Shown here: positions 26,368 to 36,148 of the stretch, in pieces
Numbering within the stretch: position 1 is the stretch's first letter
Layout of the letters: each line of letters begins with the position of its first letter
DNA from: Minisyncoccota bacterium
Lineage (GTDB): Bacteria; Patescibacteriota; Minisyncoccia; Phycocordibacterales; Phycocordibacteraceae
Assembly: GCA_022841985.1 (NCBI GenBank)
Contig: JALHQL010000003.1
Span: 6,878 to 70,877, forward strand
DNA length: 64,000 nt
Direction of reading: 5' to 3'
The notes under the pieces: generated by a model
Database searches by the model: none
What the model saw: only the letters and a program-made list of their open reading frames with translations
What the model was told of the DNA's origin: nothing
Program-made: the position numbers and the translations under genes

Positions 26368-29202
26368 ATGGGGTATGACCACAGCGAAATAGAGAAAAAA
26401 GCCCAAGAGAAATGGGCGACCTTGAATCTGTATGAGACAGATCTCAAAGATGACTCAAAAGAGTCGTACTATCTTCTTTTTGAGTTCCCTTATCCCTCAG
26501 GCGATCTACATATCGGGCATTGGTATGCCTACGCGATAACCGATGTCTACGCGCGTCTATTGCGTATGCGCGGGAAAAACGTTCTATTTCCGATAGGGTT
26601 TGATGCATTCGGTTTGCCAGCGGAAAATGCCGCGATGCGGAATGGCGCCGATCCAGCCATATGGACAAGAGCGAATATCGAGCGGATGAAGACACAGATC
26701 CGCTCGATGGGCACCTCGGTCGATTGGTCGAAAGAAATCATTACCTGCGATCCAAGTTACTACCAGTGGACGCAATGGCTTTTTGGGAAGCTTTTCGAAC
26801 ATAAACTCGCGGAGCATCGCGAGGCAGCGGTCAAATGGTGTCCGAAAGACCAAACAGTACTCGCCAACGAGCAGGTCGTTGACGGTTGCTGCGAACGATG
26901 TGGCACGGCGGTCGAGGAGAAACGGCTTACGCAGTGGTTTCTTAAGATTACTGACTACGCGGAGCGGCTTCTCACAGGCCTCGATGCGCTTTCGTGGCGC
27001 GAGGAAATAAAAGAGGCGCAGCGGGCCTGGATTGGGAAGAGCGAGGGCGCCTACCTCACGTTTCCAATTGTCAGTCGCGACGAGAAGATAAAAGTATTTA
27101 CCACACGACCGGACACTCTCTTCGGCGCGACCTACGTCGTACTTGCACCCGAACATCCTCTTATTGAAGGGTTTCGTAAATCCCTCATGAATGCGGACGA
27201 GGTATTTGAATATATCAAAGCGACGACGAAAAAGACCGAACGGGAACGCAGTGAAAATAAAGAGAAAACAGGTGTGAAGCTCGAAGGTATTTCAGCTATC
27301 AATCTCGCAACTAAAGAAGAGATTCCGGTGTATATTGCCGACTACGTCCTCGCGTCCTATGGTACTGGCGCCGTCATGGCCGTTCCTGCGCACGATGAAC
27401 GCGACTTCGAATTCGCAAGAGAAATGAAGCTTCCTATCAAGGAAGTAATACTGCCTGAACGCATCGACAAGAGAAATCCACCACTACCAGGCAAGGAGAG
27501 TATTGCGCGTAGAAATGTACATGCATTTGTTCGCGATCCAAAGACCGGGAAGATCTTATGCTTGCGCTGGAAAAAACATCCATGGATTACCTTTCCTATG
27601 GGCGGAATTGAGGAAGGGGAAGATGTCATCGGGGCTGCAAAACGAGAAATCAAGGAAGAAACCGGCTATACGCATCTTAAAAATCCGAGAGTGCTTGGTG
27701 GAGAAGTGCGTGCAGAATATTTTGCTGCTCATAAGGACCAGAATAGGATCTCATTTACAACACTTGTCGCATTTGATCTGAAAGACGACAAGCAAGTGGC
27801 TATTGCATCCGAGGAATCAGATGCTCATGAAGTGTTTTGGGCTGATCCTAGTGAAGTAACCGCTGCGCACATGACACACGCTGAGATGGATGTATGGCTC
27901 ACTCGACTTGCACATGAAAAAGAAGGTTCTGCGTTTACGGAATCAGGGGTATTGGCCAACTCAGGTGAGTTTAATGGCAGACGAAGTGAGGAGGTGAAAT
28001 GGGAAATTGTGCAATTCGTCGGTGGAGAAAGAACGACCCAGTACCGCCTGCGTGATTGGCTCATTTCTCGACAGCGCTATTGGGGTTGTCCGATACCAAT
28101 TGTTTACGACCCTGAAGGGAAGCCGCACGTTGTCCCCCCTGAGCATCTGCCATGGCTCTTGCCGACTGATGTGGACTTCAAGCCCACAGGTAAAGCGCCG
28201 CTCGCTTCTTCAAAAGAATTACAGGAGCGCGTTACACGTATTTTTGGCGAAGGATGGACACCGGAATATGACACGCTCGATACGTTTATGGACTCTTCAT
28301 GGTATTTTCTCCGCTATCTTGATCCGAAAGACGCTCATGATTTCTCTGATAGTGTGCTTATGAAGAAGTGGCTGCCAATCAACCGATACTCCGGGGGAAG
28401 TGAGCATACTACGATGCACCTCCTCTATGCGCGTTTCTTCATGAAAGCGCTCTACGATCTCGCACTTGTGCCGGTTGAGGAACCATTTATCGAGCGCTTC
28501 AATCGCGGACTCATCATGGGTCCCGATGGACAGAAAATGAGCAAGTCAAAAGGGAATGTCATTAATCCAGATGATTTCGTGAAAGAATATGGTGCGGATG
28601 CAGTGCGTATGTACCTCGCCTTTATTGGTCCTTACAACGAGCCCGGAAGTTATCCTTGGAATCTAGACGGCGTTGCGGCTATACGAAAATTTCTTGAACG
28701 AATTATACGTCTTGTCGAGCGAGTACAGGACATGAGCGAAATTCGTTCGACGCTGGCACTGGCACTTGCCCGGGCGAGCCACAAAGTTTCGGAAGACGGT
28801 GACAAGTTTAAGTTCAATACCAGTGTCGCAGCTCTTATGATACTTATGAATGAATTTGAGACTGCCACGATTGTTCCGAAATCTGCTTTTGCCTCTCTTG
28901 TGATCATGCTTGCGCCTTTTGCTCCGCATCTTGCTGAGCATCTTTGGGAGCGAATTGGAGGAAAGGGGAGTGTGCATCAAGCCGCATGGCCTGTCTTTCC
29001 TCAAGTAATCACTAATGAATACGAAGTCGTAGTGCAGGTAAACGGCAAACGACGTGGTTCGATACTGCTGGCTATCGACGCGACTGAATCAGATGCTGTT
29101 ATTGCCGCTCGCGCAGTGCCGACTGTAGAGGTATCTCTTGGTGGAAAGGAGCCTCGACGCGTTGTCTATGTAGCGGGTAAAATCGTCAATCTTGTGGTGT
29201 AA
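26368..29202 (+). CDS. leuS: Leucine--tRNA ligase with an inserted Nudix domain
   Basis: PYPSGDLHIGH, FTTRPDT, DWLISRQRYWG and KMSKS; Nudix box at 27601-27666. Confidence 0.97.
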   Translation: MGYDHSEIEKKAQEKWATLNLYETDLKDDSKESYYLLFEFPYPSGDLHIGHWYAYAITDVYARLLRMRGKNVLFPIGFDAFGLPAENAAMRNGADPAIWTRANIERMKTQIRSMGTSVDWSKEIITCDPSYYQWTQWLFGKLFEHKLAEHREAAVKWCPKDQTVLANEQVVDGCCERCGTAVEEKRLTQWFLKITDYAERLLTGLDALSWREEIKEAQRAWIGKSEGAYLTFPIVSRDEKIKVFTTRPDTLFGATYVVLAPEHPLIEGFRKSLMNADEVFEYIKATTKKTERERSENKEKTGVKLEGISAINLATKEEIPVYIADYVLASYGTGAVMAVPAHDERDFEFAREMKLPIKEVILPERIDKRNPPLPGKESIARRNVHAFVRDPKTGKILCLRWKKHPWITFPMGGIEEGEDVIGAAKREIKEETGYTHLKNPRVLGGEVRAEYFAAHKDQNRISFTTLVAFDLKDDKQVAIASEESDAHEVFWADPSEVTAAHMTHAEMDVWLTRLAHEKEGSAFTESGVLANSGEFNGRRSEEVKWEIVQFVGGERTTQYRLRDWLISRQRYWGCPIPIVYDPEGKPHVVPPEHLPWLLPTDVDFKPTGKAPLASSKELQERVTRIFGEGWTPEYDTLDTFMDSSWYFLRYLDPKDAHDFSDSVLMKKWLPINRYSGGSEHTTMHLLYARFFMKALYDLALVPVEEPFIERFNRGLIMGPDGQKMSKSKGNVINPDDFVKEYGADAVRMYLAFIGPYNEPGSYPWNLDGVAAIRKFLERIIRLVERVQDMSEIRSTLALALARASHKVSEDGDKFKFNTSVAALMILMNEFETATIVPKSAFASLVIMLAPFAPHLAEHLWERIGGKGSVHQAAWPVFPQVITNEYEVVVQVNGKRRGSILLAIDATESDAVIAARAVPTVEVSLGGKEPRRVVYVAGKIVNLVV

Positions 29203-29251
29203 ATATACTGCTATTGACTCTTTGAGAGGTAATTGCTATAAATTATACCAC

Positions 29252-30331
29252 ATGGTCAAGTCTATCCAGACAAAAAAGGAGCGGAAGGAGGGCATAATCG
29301 TACCCTCTAACTTTTCCTTTGATAGTGCCGCGCTTGTAAAAAGTCTTTTGGCTTCTGCACCGGAGCGAGCGCGCGAAGTTCTTATTCGGCGTTTCGGTCT
29401 TGGCAGTAATCCCACTCGCGAAACGCTCGAGGCGATAGGCGATCGTTCGAGTATCACCCGTGAACGTGTCCGACAGATCGAGGCGGCTGGACTTGATGCG
29501 ATACGGGCAAGTAAGGCTTTCGCCGAGGCGAAAAAATCATTTGAGGAGATTGTTCAATATGTAGGTACTCTTGGCAGAGTCGTGCCTGAAGAAGAGTTGT
29601 TTGTTTTGCTTGGCAAAGATGAGAAGACTCGCAATCGGTTTCGTTTTCTTCTCATGATTGATTCGGCATTTTTCCGCGAGCGCGAGACGAACGATTTTCT
29701 TGCGCGTTGGCATATCGATCACACGACCGCGAAACATATTCACGATGCGCTTTCAAAACTTTATGCATCGCTTTCTGATACAGATGTTGTTTCCGAAGGA
29801 AAGATGCTCGATCTTTTCCTCGAGGAACTCAAGGGCGTGAATGACGCATACAAGAATGAAGAGGTGCTAAAGCGTTGGCTCTCTCTGTCAAAGCACATCA
29901 GTAGCAATCCGCTCGCCGAGTGGGGTCGTGTGACGGCTCCCGCAATTCGTATCAAAGGTATTCGTGATTATGCCTATCTTGCGGTAAAACGTCAGGGTTC
30001 TCCAATGCATTTCTCCGAGGTTGCTTCAACCATCGGCTCGATTTTCTCAAAGAAAGCACACATCGCAACGACGCATAATGAGCTTATTAAAGATCCACGC
30101 TTCGTGCTTGTAGGTCGCGGACTCTATGCGCTCACCGAGTGGGGTTATACGCCGGGTGTTGTGCGCGACGTCATTCGTGAGGCACTCAAGGAAGAGGGTC
30201 CGATGAAGAAGGATGAGATCGTCAAGCACGTAAAGAAAGCACGTTTCGTGAAGGACAATACCATTCTTGTGAATTTGAACGATCCGCGCTATTTCAAGCG
30301 CCTTAAAGACGGACGATATTCAGCTGTTTAA
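29252..30331 (+). CDS. Sigma-70 region-4 HTH plus winged-helix DNA-binding protein
   Basis: RFGL...TLEAIG...ITRERVRQIE; C-terminal HNELIKDPRFVLVGRGLYAL. Confidence 0.85.
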   Translation: MVKSIQTKKERKEGIIVPSNFSFDSAALVKSLLASAPERAREVLIRRFGLGSNPTRETLEAIGDRSSITRERVRQIEAAGLDAIRASKAFAEAKKSFEEIVQYVGTLGRVVPEEELFVLLGKDEKTRNRFRFLLMIDSAFFRERETNDFLARWHIDHTTAKHIHDALSKLYASLSDTDVVSEGKMLDLFLEELKGVNDAYKNEEVLKRWLSLSKHISSNPLAEWGRVTAPAIRIKGIRDYAYLAVKRQGSPMHFSEVASTIGSIFSKKAHIATTHNELIKDPRFVLVGRGLYALTEWGYTPGVVRDVIREALKEEGPMKKDEIVKHVKKARFVKDNTILVNLNDPRYFKRLKDGRYSAV

Positions 30332-30358
30332 AAAACGACGCCACCAGCGTCGTTTTTT
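30330..30358. terminator. Intrinsic terminator
   Basis: aaaaaacgacgc-cacca-gcgtcgtttttt. Confidence 0.85.
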
Positions 30359-30553
30359 ACTACCAAGCGAGCTGAGTAACAAATGAATGTCTTCATTCAT
30401 TTGTTCGAGGCGAACGCCGGGAGAAAAGCTTCTTTACTACCAAGCGAGCTGAGTAACAAATGAATGTCTTCATTCATTTGTTCGAGGCGAACGCCGGGAG
30501 AAAAGCCTCTTTACTACCAAGCGAGCTGAGTAACAAATGAATGTCTTCATTCA
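30356..30553 (-). repeat. Tandem array, about 2.6 copies of a 77-bp palindromic unit
   Basis: actaccaagcgagc... restarts at 30359, 30436 and 30513; one mismatch between full units; internal hairpin aacaaatgaatg-tctt-cattcatttgtt. Confidence 0.95.
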
Positions 30554-30617
30554 GAATACTCCGTTTGTTGTGCAGCGTGGATGGCGGGACGGGTTGTTTT
30601 ATTGGTATACTTAGCTT

Positions 30618-31964
30618 ATGTTATCGTTCTTTCAGGATATTTTTACAGAAAAATTCGGTATTCGCTTCACTGCGTGGCCGCTTTTTATATTTGGCGCGAT
30701 ACTTCTCGCAAATGCCTTCCTATGGATGCCCGATACCGTTTCTCTCGCTATCTCCCTCGCCCTCTCCCTTGCGCCAGTATGGTTGCCGTTTCTACTTGTC
30801 GGTGGAGCAGTGAAGCTTTGGTACATCTGGCAACGAGGGGAGTTCATTGCTTCCCAGGGATATGTACTTCTTGAAATAAAACCGCCGCGCAATCTCGTAA
30901 AAACACCGCTTGCCATGGAGCCATTCCTTTCGAGTTTGCATCTTACGGGAGGCGAATCGGATTGGTATAAGCTTCTTATCGGCGGCACGCGACCTAATTG
31001 GTCGCTTGAAATAGCCTCTCTTGAGGGGCAGGTACATTTTTTCGTATGGACGCGCATAAAACTTCGCGAGATCGTCGAAGCGCAGTTATATGCGCAATAT
31101 CCGGGAGTACAGGTAACCGAAGCTCCTGATTACAGCCGGCTCATTTCTGCGACGCCAGAAGAGTGGAATATTTGGGGTTGTGATTATAAAAAAGAGAGAA
31201 AAGATCCTTTGCCAATTAGGACGTATGTTCAATACGGGCTCGACAAAGTCCAGAAGGAGCCGGAACAGATTGATCCTCTTGCGAATATTATTGAGTTCAT
31301 GAGTTCCATTGGGAAGGGCGAGTACCTTTGGCTCCAGTTTGTCATACGCGCTCACAAAGGCGAGAAATACAACAAACTCAACAAAGATGGTGATGCATAT
31401 ACTTGGAAAGATGAGGCCAAGAAACTTATCGAAGAAGTTCGCGAAGAAACGCACGAAAAAGTTACTGATCCAGAGACTGGTAAAGAGGTGCTCGGATTTC
31501 CTAATCCCACCAAGGGCCAATTGGATAAAATATCCGCCATAGAAGAAAACATCGCGAAACTCGCTTTTGATGTCGGCGTGCGTTGTATATACCTTACTCG
31601 ACCGAAAAACTTCAGTCTTGCGAGGGTAATGCACATGATTACTCTCTTTAAACCATTTAACAGCGAGGTATGGAACAGTATCAATTCAACTGGCTGGTTG
31701 AAAAATTTTGCGAATTTTCCATGGGAATATCATGCGGATAAAACTAAGGATCGTTTTCGTCGGAGACTTGTCGAAGTCTATCGTCGCCGACAATTCTTCT
31801 ACGATCCCTTTTTTAAGGGAAGTTTGTCCCCGCATAAAATAATGGTAATGAGTACTGAGGAGCTTGCGACCGTCTTCCATATTCCATCGAGTTCTATTGA
31901 AGCACCGGGACTCACGCGCATACGTTCGGCGACCGGCAAAGCCCCTGTTAATCTTCCGATGTAA
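30618..31964 (+). CDS. Membrane-anchored protein homologous to the N-terminal domain of the 2696 ATPase
   Basis: SLEIAS..FF..EAQLYAQYP..DY, EELATVFHIP and APVNLP match ALELAV..FY..EKQLLAIFP..DY, RELTTIYHFP and APLSLP. Confidence 0.8.
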   Translation: MLSFFQDIFTEKFGIRFTAWPLFIFGAILLANAFLWMPDTVSLAISLALSLAPVWLPFLLVGGAVKLWYIWQRGEFIASQGYVLLEIKPPRNLVKTPLAMEPFLSSLHLTGGESDWYKLLIGGTRPNWSLEIASLEGQVHFFVWTRIKLREIVEAQLYAQYPGVQVTEAPDYSRLISATPEEWNIWGCDYKKERKDPLPIRTYVQYGLDKVQKEPEQIDPLANIIEFMSSIGKGEYLWLQFVIRAHKGEKYNKLNKDGDAYTWKDEAKKLIEEVREETHEKVTDPETGKEVLGFPNPTKGQLDKISAIEENIAKLAFDVGVRCIYLTRPKNFSLARVMHMITLFKPFNSEVWNSINSTGWLKNFANFPWEYHADKTKDRFRRRLVEVYRRRQFFYDPFFKGSLSPHKIMVMSTEELATVFHIPSSSIEAPGLTRIRSATGKAPVNLPM

Positions 31965-31969
31965 CTCAC

Positions 31970-32926
31970 ATGGATTTTTTGAAACGACAAAACCCATGGA
32001 TGGTAGCGTTTGTGGCTGCAGTATTTCTCGTTGTCGTCTATCAAGTATCGTTTGCGGCGCCCGCAAGTTTTCCTTCGGGAAGCATTACGACTATTGTTCG
32101 TGGGGCCTCTGCTCCGTTTGTTGCTAGCCAGCTTGCTGAGGAGCATATCATCGCACATCCTTCACTTCTGCTTTTCGTTTTACGGGTCTCAGGTGCAAGT
32201 TCTCACATACAAGCAGGGACTTATTATTTTGAGAAACCGCAAAATGTATTCGTTGTTGCCTATCGGATTGTAAAGGGCGCTCACGACCTTCCTCCGGTGC
32301 GCATCACTTTCCCCGAAGGAGTGACGGTGCGCGAGGTAGCAATTAAAATCGAAGACGCATTTCCCGGCATAAATAAGAAGGACTTTATTGCAGAGGCGCA
32401 GAAATACGAAGGATATCTTTTCCCTGATACGTATCTTCTCCCACCTTCCTCAGATGCTGCGTCAATAGTGTCTTTGATGCGCGCAAATTTTGATACCAAG
32501 ATAGCGACATTGACCAATGAAATTGCCGCTTCGGGCCGTTCACTTTCCGATATTGTCATCATGGCGTCGCTCCTTGAGAAAGAAGCGCGCACGACTGAAA
32601 GTAGGCGCATGGTCGCCGGCATTCTCTTTAATCGTCTGAAGATTGATATGCCGTTACAAGTTGACGCAGTCTTCGGCTACATTTTCAACCGCGATACCTA
32701 CTCACCTTCATATGCGGACTTAAAAGTTAATTCGCTTTATAACACGTATATCCATAGAGGTCTCCCGCCGGGACCGATAGCCAATCCTGGTCTTGATTCT
32801 CTTCAAGCGGTGCTGCGTCCAGCAAAAACGAACTATTTGTACTACCTTACGGGAAAAGATAATCTGATGCACTATGCTACGACCTACGCCGATCACCAAG
32901 CTAACCAAAAAAGGTATTTAGATTAG
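31970..32926 (+). CDS. mltG: Endolytic transglycosylase MltG
   Basis: ITFPEG, EGYLFPDTY, MASLLEKEA, PLQVDA and YNTY..GLPPGPIANPG. Confidence 0.96.
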   Translation: MDFLKRQNPWMVAFVAAVFLVVVYQVSFAAPASFPSGSITTIVRGASAPFVASQLAEEHIIAHPSLLLFVLRVSGASSHIQAGTYYFEKPQNVFVVAYRIVKGAHDLPPVRITFPEGVTVREVAIKIEDAFPGINKKDFIAEAQKYEGYLFPDTYLLPPSSDAASIVSLMRANFDTKIATLTNEIAASGRSLSDIVIMASLLEKEARTTESRRMVAGILFNRLKIDMPLQVDAVFGYIFNRDTYSPSYADLKVNSLYNTYIHRGLPPGPIANPGLDSLQAVLRPAKTNYLYYLTGKDNLMHYATTYADHQANQKRYLD

Positions 32927-32936
32927 AATACTACAC

Positions 32937-33971
32937 ATGGATGTACGAGGGGAAAATATATACGTAGGCCTTTCGGGAGGCGTTGATTCTGCTGTTTCAG
33001 CAGCGCTTTTGGTGCGCGCTGGGGCAAAAGTAACGGGTGTATTTATCAAGGGATGGTATCCGCCAGGACTGCCCTGTACTTGGGCGAGTGAGCGCAGGGA
33101 TGCGATGCGGGTCGCAGCACGGCTCAAGATACCGTTCCGTACGCTCGACGCAAGCACTGAGTATAAAAAGAGTGTCATTGACTATCTGCTCGCCGAATAT
33201 CGTGCTGGGCGCACGCCGAATCCGGACATCATGTGCAACAAGGAAGTAAAGTTCGGTGCATTTTATCAGTATGCGAAATCTCTCGGAGCGGACACTATCG
33301 CGACGGGGCACTATAGGAGCGGCGAGAAAGACCAGAGCTATTTCCTCTCTGCTGTGCCAAAAGAAATTTTAGCCGCTACAGTATTTCCGGTAGGGAATAT
33401 GGAGAAGAGCGAGGTGCGTGCACTTGCGAAACGATTTAATTTGCCGGTGGCTCGGAAGAAAGATAGCCAGGGAGTCTGTTTTCTCGGGAGCGTATCGATT
33501 GAAGAATTCTTGAAAAGTGAATTTGGCGTTCAGCCCGGATATGCCAAAAATGAAAAGGGCAATATCGTTGGTCAACATGATGGAGTTCTTCTCTTCACGC
33601 TTGGACAACGTATTGCTCTGCGAGAGACGAACGAAGCCGGTCCATGGTTTGTTCTTAGGAAAGATGTCGAGAGAAATGAGCTCACGGTAGGGAAAACACG
33701 GTCTGGAAGCATCGAGAATGTGTCCGGGGAAATTTCGTTCAGTAATGCCAATTGGTTCACTGAACCGATTGGTGCCGTAGAGGCGCAATATCGTTATCGA
33801 GGTCCCCGTGTGCAAGGATATATTAAAGAAAATTCTTTTGTTAGCAGCGAGCTGCTTCCTGAAATCCCTACTCCCGGACAATCCATTGTTTTCTACCAAA
33901 AAAACGAATTAGTCGGAGGAGGAATTATTAATGTATTCCCTGGAAAAACTGACTTTCACAGAAATTCATAG
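32937..33971 (+). CDS. mnmA: tRNA 2-thiouridine synthase MnmA
   Basis: SGGVDS, GRTPNPDIMCN, ATGHY, KDQSYFL, KDSQGVCF and PGQ motifs. Confidence 0.96.
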   Translation: MDVRGENIYVGLSGGVDSAVSAALLVRAGAKVTGVFIKGWYPPGLPCTWASERRDAMRVAARLKIPFRTLDASTEYKKSVIDYLLAEYRAGRTPNPDIMCNKEVKFGAFYQYAKSLGADTIATGHYRSGEKDQSYFLSAVPKEILAATVFPVGNMEKSEVRALAKRFNLPVARKKDSQGVCFLGSVSIEEFLKSEFGVQPGYAKNEKGNIVGQHDGVLLFTLGQRIALRETNEAGPWFVLRKDVERNELTVGKTRSGSIENVSGEISFSNANWFTEPIGAVEAQYRYRGPRVQGYIKENSFVSSELLPEIPTPGQSIVFYQKNELVGGGIINVFPGKTDFHRNS

Positions 33972-34048
33972 TTCAAATGGCATTGTAAACAAAACTTATC
34001 AACACGCCGCGTCTACTTTCCCAAGAAAGCATCGTATACTTCGAGCAT

Positions 34049-34609
34049 ATGACCAACCGCATCCTTCCACAAATCGCCCTCGTTACAGGAACTCTTCTAT
34101 TCTCTCTCGGGATTCAGACGTATGCCCAAACATGGAGTGCCCCAACAGCCTCTCCACCAAATAGCAATGCGTACGCCCCACTCAATACTAGTCCCGCAGC
34201 ACAAATAAAAACTGGTGGTCTTCTTCTCAACACAGGTGGCGCAATCAACGGTCTCATCGTGCAAAACGGCAATGTCGGCATTGGAACGACAAGTCCCACT
34301 GCAAAACTCGATGTTCAAGGATACGTGAAGGGAACGGGTCTGTGCATAGGCAATGATTGCAGAACTTCATGGGCAGCACCGAGATACACGACTCGTAATT
34401 CGGCAACTGTTCAAAACCGTAGTGTATCCGTTGCGTGCCAGATTAATGAGGCTATGACGGGAGGGGGATGCAATTGTCAGGATACTGCCAGTGGTGGGGA
34501 TTCTTCGGCATATGGAGGATATCCGTCTGGTAACGGATGGACTTGCCCGAATACTACTGCTAGTGGATGCGGAAGAAATACAGCATACGTACGTTGCGTT
34601 AGCTACTAA
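34049..34609 (+). CDS. Secreted adhesin-like protein: constant N-terminus plus Cys-rich tip (paralog of 14490-15188)
   Basis: N-terminal ~90 aa nearly identical to 14490; LCIGNDCRTSW linker; C..E.MTGGGC...WTC...YVRC tip. Confidence 0.87.
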   Translation: MTNRILPQIALVTGTLLFSLGIQTYAQTWSAPTASPPNSNAYAPLNTSPAAQIKTGGLLLNTGGAINGLIVQNGNVGIGTTSPTAKLDVQGYVKGTGLCIGNDCRTSWAAPRYTTRNSATVQNRSVSVACQINEAMTGGGCNCQDTASGGDSSAYGGYPSGNGWTCPNTTASGCGRNTAYVRCVSY

Positions 34610-34847
34610 TTGTACTAAGTCAACGTGTTGTGGTAAGCGCTTGGTATCAAGGTCCAGCATCTCACCGAGTATAGCCTTCTCGTATCGATTCATACGGTGT
34701 GCCCCTTTACGGACGAGATTCTCAATTGCCTGAACACTAGAATCATACCGCGCCTCTTGCGCTTTCAATGAGCTTCGCTGACCACAGAAAGTATCAACAA
34801 CCCGATACTAACGTACACGGGTCAGCGAGAAATGGTATTATTGTCCC

Positions 34848-35258
34848 ATGAACCATACTCGTCTTCTTGTTGCTGCAACTATCATTGCACTGGTGGTCTT
34901 TGTTAGTTTCGTGCTTTCAGTCCCACGCACGAATGATACTGAGGAAACAGTGACGACGCAGAGTGTTCCGATGACACCTCTTGTCACGATACGCGACTCG
35001 TTTAAAAAAGGCTTGCACACGATTACCGGCTCGATTGAAGCCCCAAACGCTTGTACTAGCGTGAGCGCAGAAGCAAGTGTTACGGGTGATGCGACAAGTA
35101 CACAGAGTATACTCGTTGCGATTGCCATGTCCGCCGATGAGGGTATTTGTCTCCAGCTCCCGACTTCCGCTACTTTCGAGACATCGGTCGAAGCTCCGGC
35201 AGGTCTGCCGCTCATTGTAACGGTGAATGGAACAACGGCGACTACAAGTGCTCCGTAA
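34848..35258 (+). CDS. Secreted or anchored hypothetical protein
   Basis: N-terminal TM helix, PNAC...ICLQ Cys pair; TGgTATTAT 6 nt upstream. Confidence 0.75.
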   Translation: MNHTRLLVAATIIALVVFVSFVLSVPRTNDTEETVTTQSVPMTPLVTIRDSFKKGLHTITGSIEAPNACTSVSAEASVTGDATSTQSILVAIAMSADEGICLQLPTSATFETSVEAPAGLPLIVTVNGTTATTSAP

Positions 35259-35278
35259 CTTTTTAATTACAAAACTCC

Positions 35279-36148
35279 ATGACATCGTCAGTCGTTATTG
35301 TCAAAGCCGACGGATCAAGTGAATTATTTGATCCGGAACGGCTCGTGAGCTCGCTCCGGCGCTCTGGTGCGGGCGAGCATGCCGCAGAGCGTATCGCAGA
35401 GACAATTACGAATACGATCGCACCAGGCACTTCCTCAAAGGAAGTCTATACGCGGGCCTTTGCGCTTTTGCGCAAGGAGGCGCGTCCGGTTGCCGCTCGC
35501 TATGCGTTGCGGCGCGCGCTTCTTGAGCTCGGTCCGACCGGCCATCCATTTGAGGACTTCATCTCGCATCTCTACCGTGCAGAGGGTTGGCAAGTTGAAA
35601 CACGTAAGATAATAAAAGGAAAATGCGTATCGCACGAAGTCGATTTCTATGCATCGAATCGGGAGCGGAATACTTTTATTGCTGCCGAATTGAAGTATCA
35701 TAATGATCCTGGTTATAAAACCGATTTAAAAGTCGCACTCTACGTCAAGAGTCGTTTTGATGATATTTTCAATTGTGATTCCGCTGTCCGCTTGTGCCCG
35801 ATTGACCGCGGTCTTTTGGTTACCAATACTAAGTTTACCTCCGAAGCTATCGCTTATGCAGAATGTTCGGGTGTAGAACTCCTCGGGTGGGGGTATCCGG
35901 CAGAGAATGGTCTTTTTGCTCGTATGAGCCGTGCACATGTGTACCCTATTACTACATTGACCTGCCTTTCGAACGCTGAAAAACGGATCCTTATCGAGAG
36001 TGGCATTATTGCAGTTGATGAAATCATACGAGATCATCGTGCGCTTGATCCGCTGCGTCTCACTCCGGAGCGAGTGGGCAAGATCCTTGCTGAAGCAGAA
36101 GGTCTTCTTGAGCTTTCAAACGGTCTTCATGGTACTGTTCCCGTATGA
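35279..36148 (+). CDS. ATP-cone domain fused to an Mrr-like PD-(D/E)xK nuclease
   Basis: IVKADGSSELFDPERL..SL ATP-cone; FEDFI..., HEVD...ELKYH and VTNTKFT..A. Confidence 0.85.
   Translation: MTSSVVIVKADGSSELFDPERLVSSLRRSGAGEHAAERIAETITNTIAPGTSSKEVYTRAFALLRKEARPVAARYALRRALLELGPTGHPFEDFISHLYRAEGWQVETRKIIKGKCVSHEVDFYASNRERNTFIAAELKYHNDPGYKTDLKVALYVKSRFDDIFNCDSAVRLCPIDRGLLVTNTKFTSEAIAYAECSGVELLGWGYPAENGLFARMSRAHVYPITTLTCLSNAEKRILIESGIIAVDEIIRDHRALDPLRLTPERVGKILAEAEGLLELSNGLHGTVPV

Noticed and set aside
30356-30553. CRISPR array
   Set aside because: Units are contiguous 77-bp near-identical copies with no unique spacers, and no cas operon is present.
14490-34609. Diversity-generating retroelement TR/VR pair
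   Set aside because: Differences are not adenine-specific, similarity lies in the N-terminus, and no reverse transcriptase is in the window.
34367-34768. Minus-strand 133-aa ORF
   Set aside because: More than half overlaps the adhesin gene antisense, it starts with TTG and has no recognisable motif; at most a gene remnant.
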